A stretch of DNA of 64,000 nt, from NCBI RefSeq assembly GCF_000315625.1, contig NW_005434588.1, positions 62,001 to 126,000 of the forward strand, written 5' to 3'. The translations under genes were made by a program, and so were the position numbers. Position 1 is the stretch's first letter. The number at the start of each line of letters is the position of its first letter. Positions 10,601 to 16,400 of the stretch are shown piece by piece. The DNA comes from Guillardia theta CCMP2712 (Eukaryota > Protista > Cryptophyta). The notes beneath the pieces were generated by a model that did no database searches, was not told the origin of the DNA, and was given only the letters and a program-made list of their open reading frames with translations.

Positions 10601-13462
10601 AAGTACAGCAGCGGCGGCAAGACCCCCTACGCGCAGAGGAGGCTCAAGCCCGGGGACGTGATCGCATGCTCGCTGGACTGCGAGAGGCGAGAGATCCGCT
10701 ACTTGGTCAACGGGGAGGACCTGGGGGTAGCGTTCGGGGAGGAGGAGGTGACGGAGGAGGCGTTGGGGGAGGGGCTGAGGTTTACGGTGACGCTGGGGCC
10801 GGGGCAGGGGGTCGAGCTTGTGAAGGTGACCAGATTTGCAGGCTCGGAGGAGGAGGAGGAGGAGAAGAGGGTTGAGGACCTTTCGTGGGAATATCTTGAA
10901 ATTCGATGTCAGACGTGCAACAACCTCTGGTGGAGCGAGCAAAACCTTGTTGAAAGCATTCAGCTCCTGCTGACTCATTTGAATATCGAGAATGTCATAC
11001 TTCCTCGTCCTCACGATTCAAACGTCCAGACGCAAGACTATAATCTCAAACTACTTTGTTTGAATTCTTCTGTTTGCTTAAACACACATCAGACAAGAAG
11101 GGCAAAAGGAAGTTTGACAGACGCGAAGAGACTAAGTGAGCCCTCAGGGATGTTTGAGATTGTGAAAGTCATCTTAGAGCTGATCAGAGCTTCTTCTTGC
11201 GACTCCAGTTCCTTCCAAAGTCTGTGCGTTTCCGTTCTTGCGATGATCGAACAAGAGGCTTGTACAATGTCACATTGCTTGTCAATCTTACAAGAACTCT
11301 ATGATGTTTGCTTTGGCTACAGCACGAACACTGACAACAATGTACATTCGTTTACCTCACAAGAATTAAGTTTTGAATGTTATCAATGCTCTCAATTGTT
11401 GTTGACCAAACGATGCGTTTATTGCCAGCAATGTCATCAATGCTGCATAACAGCAACTTGCAAACAACACTCACGGAGGTTCAAATCCGACAAACATGAA
11501 ATTCTCCTGTCGGAGATGTTCAAGCTACGCACGATAAAGACAAGCAATTGCATGAACTTGAAAGCAAGCATGGTAGAATATGCTTTCAGGTCATGTTATG
11601 CTAAGCCCAATAGCATATTGAGAGACAACATCGATGTGATATGCTGCATGTTGGGGTACGGGGGTAAAGGAGGTCAAGCCATCTCTCAACTCTGTGCAGC
11701 CTTGTCAACGCATCCAGATCTGATCAATACTCGAATAGCACGAGCAGGGCAGAGAGAAGCTTCGACAACGACTCTTGCAATGCGCATCCTTGAGGCATTG
11801 TTCAGAGACAGGAGCTGCCGCTATGACCGCACAAGTCTTCTCAACCTCTCCTCAACCTCCTCCTTGACCGCCCGAACAAGTCAGACCCTCTCCTCCGGTC
11901 GACATACCTTCCTCCTCAAGCTCCTCTCCCCCCTGCCCGCCTCCTCCCCCTCCCGTCTCTCCCCGTGGCTTCACCTCGCCTGGACCCCTCCCCGCTTCCT
12001 CCCCGCCCTCTCTCCTCGCCGATGCAGACGCCGCATGTACGAGCACGGCTTCGCCTACTGCCCCAGCAAGGGCGTCAAGTACAGCAGCGGCGGCAAGACC
12101 CCCTACGCGCAGAGGAGGCTCAAGCCCGGGGACGTGATCGCATGCTCGCTGGACTGCGAGAGGCGAGAGATCCGCTACTTGGTCAACGGGGAGGACCTGG
12201 GGGTAGCGTTCGGGGAGGAGGAGGTGACGGAGGAGGCGGTGGGGGAGGGGCTGAGGTTTACGGTGACGCTGGGGCCGGGGCAGGGGGTCAAGCTTGTAAA
12301 GGCGGAGGAGGAGGAGGAGGAGAGTGAGGGTCGAGAACGAGCATGGGAGATGTTAAGCTTTTACTATGAGGGAGAATGGTGTTATCTGAGAGCCCTTGAC
12401 CTTGAACTGCTATCGTTCGCTCATGTCATAGTCAGGCTTCTTGTAAACAACTCTCAATCTCAAGGCCTTGAGGTATTGAGACTGATGGGTGAAAACTCTT
12501 CTTTCTTGCTGTACGGCTCCAACTCAAAGGAGTTTCAGATGACAGGATCGCTCATTGATACGCTCTTAGATGAAAAAGTTTTGAGTTCGACATGTCTTAG
12601 TCATACCAAAGAAGTGACGGTTGTCGAGGAGTTGATCCAAAACCTTGAGGAGGTTGTCGGACAAGGGCTGAAGCCATGGATACAACTGATCGCTCACAAA
12701 CTTGTGAGGTACTGCTCTGAAACTCTTGATCAAACATTCAAACTTCGCTTTTTATCTTGCTTGATTCCTGCTTTTGTCAAAAACGGTCTTTTGCAATCTA
12801 TTGCCCCTGAGGTTTCAAGCAACGTCAGGGAGTCAAAGTGCGATGACAACCAACCATATCCAATCAAATACATCATACGCGTACTGACAGACTACCAGCA
12901 ACTTGCCTCTTGTCGTCACAGTCCGACTGGTTTCAAGTTACTCCATGTCTTGTTCAGGTCACTGGAATCATCCTATGAGATTTTCAAGCATTCAGACGGG
13001 CTGATTGTGCAAGGGCTGCCCTATCATTCCAAATCCATTCGATGTCAATCAACTCTTGAATCAGGCCGACATACCTTCCTCCTCAAGCTCCTCGCCCCCC
13101 TGCCCGCCTCCTCCCCCTCCCGTCTCTCCCCGTGGCTTCACCTCGCTTGGACCCCTCCCCGCTTCCTCCCCGCCCTCTCTCCTCGCCGATGCAGACGCCG
13201 CATGTACGAGCACGGCTTCGCCTACTGCCCCAGCAAGGGCGTCAAGTACAGCAGCGGCGGCAAGACCCCCTACGCGCAGAGGAGGCTCAAGCCCGGGGAC
13301 GTGATCGCATGCTCGCTGGACTGCGAGAGGCGAGAGATCCGCTACTTGGTCAACGGGGAGGACCTGGGGGTAGCGTTCGGGGAGGAGGAGGTGACGGAGG
13401 AGGCGGTGGGGGAGGGGCTGAGGTTTACGGTGACGCTGGGGCCGGGGCAGGGGTCGAGTTGA
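4655..13462 (+). CDS. N-terminal part of a giant Roco protein: five B30.2/SPRY-like domains, a Mib/HERC2 (KEG-type) SH3-like repeat and Cys-rich segments
   Basis: 2935-codon uninterrupted ORF with 5x 'GFAYCPSKGVKY..LKPGDVIACSLDCERREIRYLVNGEDLGVAF' (classic SPRY C-terminal signature GDVIGCxLD..NG..LGVAF). 'FRAGDLVAVRNEILDPRYG..TIGRVKSV' lies at ~9058-9170, and Cys/His clusters at ~5615-5700 and ~11378-11500. Confidence 0.85.
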   Translation: MTGTATDVCEAELDALFQHVNSAYWKMPSVVTWSSRRTDRTKRLREAWWDELQFHEGWAVTQGRCVALPQEWSIQFKLQVPSLNGDICQIVRYRPSAVETSKLERGNKVFVLEPSTSLKESSSDDVLCKEDRDKKREGVLVDTCGEFSLVKIDEQRQTWYRTTCLRQTMRTVRGLVTDHVPIEVTSTKQFVKPSQAHFSDSSHDVGQKLSENSKLVEVEWSSNIRGYHRKEDLEAVEDVEQEIDSLICIHHGFLGCRFKGRFYPAVPGVNLNDLARGNYDIHVRKMQGMLQFIVDDVIVGISFYPGPCAISSFGNVYRLPCLHCTQTHIQDVCALCECCSRVGGRRCGNAAARDSSWSFCHVRLARQACRLKDIRGAEKQLGPLELAHAIYQTISQAHPIALSDLQAELLEDSRAFAGCLLQLLKHQPHVLEILMETAPELLQGMDVSKEMNFYGVKGSIGAHFLLVSLQCRQKSFDTLSRCLVCRVDWSEQVKSCQRSEELATMMIRNVLKSTPLLNGEQGDVTSEFESMVEETIPSSWREGVEYSFDALAIFSHGELCLVRRSDGSIRFARVSNVRSSMLKDSSSANSIRYDLDVSKDGKVSRDNQKPGEHMAKILANRSKNHVTVSDVIALLQSNSVKMSCDDSFTLVELLMEVEVAASDAVIPMLELLHDIKLSSPLLTWIVCRLLEEEETSAKFGSLNRMLCSITKLRFSTRREEIVQQILSEGFLKRFTINMADAYPKQKESFYKESCGEVLTHKLIQSCRSYLYDGSSLLLPQGVQWMMFRCNLTLSSRVSHVLVKILRPSPDSSRLKRKSSPWFHLAWTPPRFLPALSPRRCRRRMYEHGFAYCPSKGVKYSSGGKTPYAQRRLKPGDVIACSLDCERREIRYLVNGEDLGVAFGEEEVTEEAVGEGLRFTVTLGPGQGVEFVSTEEEEEDKKSKGESLLEVFQYERSMKSWIRVPRSSQLLQSLIFAAPQLDLCSPCVIHQPVEDMLSFLSLEGLQLHLRASGRRLECRIEGKTAVVVNVIRLKELATYDEIELNNRFRFKVMKVKHEMKVILKDFCQALDVPLTLDCQSSQLDRWKALEVLKCLNEIEFLFQDQIFHLVDVIVFLLLQQQLTLTQMEQIVTEMYESYKDSQGFIPCKVVCDLIKTQGKNKFTADKLLVEMLSLSYGSDIRLEMSKWKTLREEMIQAFDVDISNPTQILQRMLQPNLDLTSTCLLKCDRDMFDSIGMKLLHHLATPNIIYSFDGDRLWHSVSNAYPCVTYRAGKHRKRGFALYAVKVLRETSDVGSRYDPWLHLAWTTPAYHPNTHLRCRRRMYEHGFAYCPSKGVKYSSGGKTPYAQRRLKPGDVIACSLDCERREIRYLVNGEDLGVAFGEEEVTEEAVGEGLRFTVTLGPGQGIEFVGGKEEGREEEASEGEIFHRDTNEWRRVISKVDDLKLLRVARSVLRSLQGSLDVVVLQDDFRAGDLVAVRNEILDPRYGMRLQTSLTSTIGRVKSVMGDEREQMKGTSDVQVSILGRDFKFIARELYRVDADARRTRVEKRQMLIQMINRRIFERRGDLTFIARVVEAFSDVVRDKPEMSSIIEACSCALGQSVSNLDQLNVLARFPMEWKYLSLLQTLKVVMRTAWAEGQLENLKKAHLNLRCILEDAKISQLNNVSHMIETCLLPCLDLLPCCLTSMGSKFSIHTEVMLELVRIVNELIQKHNPQHNVAMSMGNLSSLVKIHHRYQEFDSNKKMIIEQTWADILHSADLIVKLSGPEIYQGTRTHVSEDLYKVALQIEDMAVRSMILLMLYKHCSNLKSKIVAEAFFTSQSSLTDNSESKLLLRHLAEDSTNYQQADFSTLTDAIKLAIRAGVELSSPWQMSGDGEEASTVRLSILRLVLEQQVPVLKQTNKLRNRSQDNNLIIQPAPVLSSGRHTFLLKLLSPLPASSPSRLSPWLHLAWTPPRFLPALSPRRCRRRMYEHGFAYCPSKGVKYSSGGKTPYAQRRLKPGDVIACSLDCERREIRYLVNGEDLGVAFGEEEVTEEALGEGLRFTVTLGPGQGVELVKVTRFAGSEEEEEEKRVEDLSWEYLEIRCQTCNNLWWSEQNLVESIQLLLTHLNIENVILPRPHDSNVQTQDYNLKLLCLNSSVCLNTHQTRRAKGSLTDAKRLSEPSGMFEIVKVILELIRASSCDSSSFQSLCVSVLAMIEQEACTMSHCLSILQELYDVCFGYSTNTDNNVHSFTSQELSFECYQCSQLLLTKRCVYCQQCHQCCITATCKQHSRRFKSDKHEILLSEMFKLRTIKTSNCMNLKASMVEYAFRSCYAKPNSILRDNIDVICCMLGYGGKGGQAISQLCAALSTHPDLINTRIARAGQREASTTTLAMRILEALFRDRSCRYDRTSLLNLSSTSSLTARTSQTLSSGRHTFLLKLLSPLPASSPSRLSPWLHLAWTPPRFLPALSPRRCRRRMYEHGFAYCPSKGVKYSSGGKTPYAQRRLKPGDVIACSLDCERREIRYLVNGEDLGVAFGEEEVTEEAVGEGLRFTVTLGPGQGVKLVKAEEEEEESEGRERAWEMLSFYYEGEWCYLRALDLELLSFAHVIVRLLVNNSQSQGLEVLRLMGENSSFLLYGSNSKEFQMTGSLIDTLLDEKVLSSTCLSHTKEVTVVEELIQNLEEVVGQGLKPWIQLIAHKLVRYCSETLDQTFKLRFLSCLIPAFVKNGLLQSIAPEVSSNVRESKCDDNQPYPIKYIIRVLTDYQQLASCRHSPTGFKLLHVLFRSLESSYEIFKHSDGLIVQGLPYHSKSIRCQSTLESGRHTFLLKLLAPLPASSPSRLSPWLHLAWTPPRFLPALSPRRCRRRMYEHGFAYCPSKGVKYSSGGKTPYAQRRLKPGDVIACSLDCERREIRYLVNGEDLGVAFGEEEVTEEAVGEGLRFTVTLGPGQGSS
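7109..7440 (+). repeat. SPRY cassette copy 1
   Basis: Near-identical nucleotide sequence to copies 2-5. Confidence 0.95.
8550..8875 (+). repeat. SPRY cassette copy 2 (identical core starts ~8604)
   Basis: Near-identical core with a diverged 5' part. Confidence 0.95.
10412..10821 (+). repeat. SPRY cassette copy 3
   Basis: About 410 bp shared with copy 4; private V>L SNP (GCGTTG vs GCGGTG). Confidence 0.95.
11888..12297 (+). repeat. SPRY cassette copy 4
   Basis: About 410 bp shared with copy 3. Confidence 0.95.
13067..13458 (+). repeat. SPRY cassette copy 5 (1-nt deletion at 3' end)
   Basis: Near-identical to copies 3/4; reads CAGGGGTC versus CAGGGGGTC in those copies. Confidence 0.95.
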
Positions 13463-16400
13463 GAAATTCTGGAGAAGCTTTGGAGGACGCCGGGTACGAA
13501 TGTGTTGTGATAGGATCAGAGAGCGAGAGATGGTTTGCTTGCTCTAGTCAATATGAACATGCCAAGTCACTTTTGAGTTGGCTCATGCAGCAACGTTCAC
13601 AACAATCTTCAGATGACTTGTCAAGAAACCTTAAATGTTGCGTCTCTGATTTCATGCTCGACGATCAGGTTGGACTCAGTTTCAAACAAAACTTTCAGAA
13701 GTTTTTCTTTGAACTTGAGTTTGAGGCAGCAGAAGCAACGATGATGATAGAATCAAGGAGCAGCATCTTCAAGGCTTCTGAAGTTTGTCTTCCTCTCATT
13801 CCTTCATTGTACATTCACATGTGGTATGCAAACAAGATATCCCAACTCTCTCTCGTTCGCATTCAGCTCAGCGATATTCCAGCAGAGATATCTATACTCA
13901 GACTGCAAAGCCTCGACGTGTCTGAGAATCGTCTTAATCACCTTTCTCCGTCATTGTGTTTGGTGGTCACTCTCGAGATTTTGAGGTGTAACAACAACTT
14001 CTTGTCGATTCTCCCGGACGACATCGGGCTGCTTGTCAATCTTATCAAGCTAGAAGCAGCTCAGAACGCCCTGTCCTCCCTTCCTGACTCGCTCTTCTCT
14101 CTTGCTCGCCTTGAGGACCTCGACATCAGTGGCCCACCCTTGCCGAGAGAAAGGCTGTGCAGAAACTCAACAGCTGAGCTCGAGCTGGACAGCTTCCTCG
14201 GGTTCTTCCGTGAGGTTTCTTGCTGGGAGGAGATCGTTGGACGGTCGGAGCAGGAGGAGATGTTCTACCGACATGCGCAGGAGGGAGTGGTAGCGAGGGA
14301 GAGGCTCGTTGACTTAGAGGAAGAGATGCTGCACAAGTATTGGAGGTACAAGGGACGGAGACACGAGTCGTTCTCCTTCGATCCAGCCATCCTGACCATG
14401 CGGTCGTTGAGGCGCCTGAGCATGAGGAATGTTGGCATTCAAGGTAGGCTCCTGATACCTCGCCACGTCACCACGGGGAGCCTGGAGGAGGTGGACCTTT
14501 CGTACAATCAGATCAGCGATGTGAGTTTGACCTCTCAGTCTCTGCGGGGCCTCAAGCGCTTCTGCTTGGAGGGCAACCGGCTGCTCATCCCCGAGGAGGT
14601 GAAGAAGCGCGGAGAAGCTTCAGTCTTGAACTTCTTGAGGGGAAGGGCGGAAGCGAGTCAAGAGTCCTTCAAGCTGATGCTGTTCCTGCACGGGCTGGGA
14701 GGCGTCGGAAAGACTTGCCTGCTCGCGGCGCTCAAAGGCAAAGAGTTTGACCCCGACGGCGAAATGACGGACGGCATTGAGATCTCTTCTTGGAAGGTTA
14801 GGGTGGAGGAGGAGGAGGTCCAGTACCTCAAGCAAGCCTTGACCGAGAGCCAGCAGAATCAGGTCAGCCAGAGGCTCAGTCGCAAGCGCATCGAGGACTT
14901 GATGGGGGTCGAGATCGAGTTTGTGGTGCATGACTTTGCGGGACAGGAGGTCTACTACAACTCTCATCAACTCTTCCTTCACAACCGAGCTCTCGAGCTC
15001 GTCCTCTGGGACGTCCGGCGAGGGTTTGACAACAGCGGAGTTTGCTTCTGGCTGAACAACATCAAGACCTGCGCTCCAAGAGCTGCGATCATCATCGTGG
15101 GGACTAAGACAGATGAGATGGATACGCCGCCTCTGGACCTGCACGCGCTCTCTCAAAAGTTCCCTCAGGTCAAGGCATTTCACGCTGTGAGCTCGAAGAC
15201 GATGCGAGGGGTGGAGGACCTGAGGCGCCTGCTAGTCAAGCAGGCCCTGCTGGAGGAGCACGTGGGGCAGAGCATACCTCACAAGTGGTCGATCCTGGAA
15301 GACATCATCGTGCAAGAGGCAAGGTCGAGCAAGACTGGCTACGTTCGCTTCCCGACCCTCAGAGAGTGGGCCAGGTTGAGCGCCTTCAGCTCCGACGACG
15401 CCATCGAGGACGCTGCCGATTTCCTGCATGACATCGGGACGATCGTGAGGTTCTCAGACGAGGACGCGAGGCTGACGGGGCTGGACGACGTTGTCATCAC
15501 AGACAAGCAGTGGCTGGCTGACGTCATGAGCAGCATCATCACCTCCAAGTCTAGAGTTCACGTCCTGTCGCACGCAGACCTGTCCAGCATGTGGCAGGCG
15601 TTTCCCCCTGACGTTCATAGCAACCTCATCGACCTGCTCAAGAAGTTCGACCTGCTGGTGGAGACTGACAGTCGGAGCTTCCTCGTTCCCTGCCTCCTCC
15701 CCCTTGGCGCCCCTAGAGGAGAAGACCTTGAAGCTTTCACCCTCATCCCGGGAGAGCGGCTCTCCCTGTCCTACCGCACCTTCGCGCTCTCCTTCTGCCC
15801 CTACGGCTTCTTCAACCTCCTCCAGGCTCGTCTGCGTGACTTGGACGCCAGCAGGTTCCCCTGGTGCCGCGTCGGGATGTGGCGGAACGGCATGCCCATC
15901 GCGTCGTCCTACCATTCTCGAGGAGTTGTCATACTGCACCAAGAGGAAAACAAGGTTGAATGTACTTTCTCGGGAGAAGGAAAGGACAACTTGATCAGCG
16001 TGGTATCAGAGAGTATCTTCATCCTGCTCACCGATAAGTATCAGGTCACCTACGACGTCTTCTTGCCATGCCAAGGCTGCTTGGACGTCTGCCCTCGCGC
16101 TCCTCACATGTTTTCAAGCAACGTCACTCTCAAACGAGCCATGCAGAAGCATCAGATCTTCTTGCAGTGCCACAAGGAGTTTCACAACATCCCGGTCGCT
16201 CACTACCTGGCAGCCATGCCCCATTCGTCGCGAGTTTCTCAAGAGCAGCTGAGCTCAGTGCTGGAGGGCATCGGCTTGTGGAAGGCAACACACAGGGCGC
16301 ACGTGTACTTGAGCTATGCTCGAGGGGACGAGGAAGCGTTGCGAGCAGGTCTGCGGGTCAAGGCTCTCCTCCTAGAGCAGCTCATCGACGTCTGGTTCCC

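Noticed and set aside
7114-12327. Repeated short ORFs MASPRLDPSP../MQTPHVRAR.. and their minus-strand counterparts
   Set aside because: Shadow frames of the GC-rich SPRY cassette; only the SPRY frame has a recognisable domain.
13132-13452. Listed start of the 1675-aa ORF
   Set aside because: The first ~107 codons are the off-frame reading of SPRY copy 5; a frameshift at 13450-13453 explains it better.
7109-13458. SPRY repeats interpreted as CRISPR, inteins or a DGR template/variable pair
   Set aside because: Repeats are hundreds of bp and protein-coding; there are no intein terminal residues, no adenine-specific mismatch pattern and no reverse transcriptase in the window.
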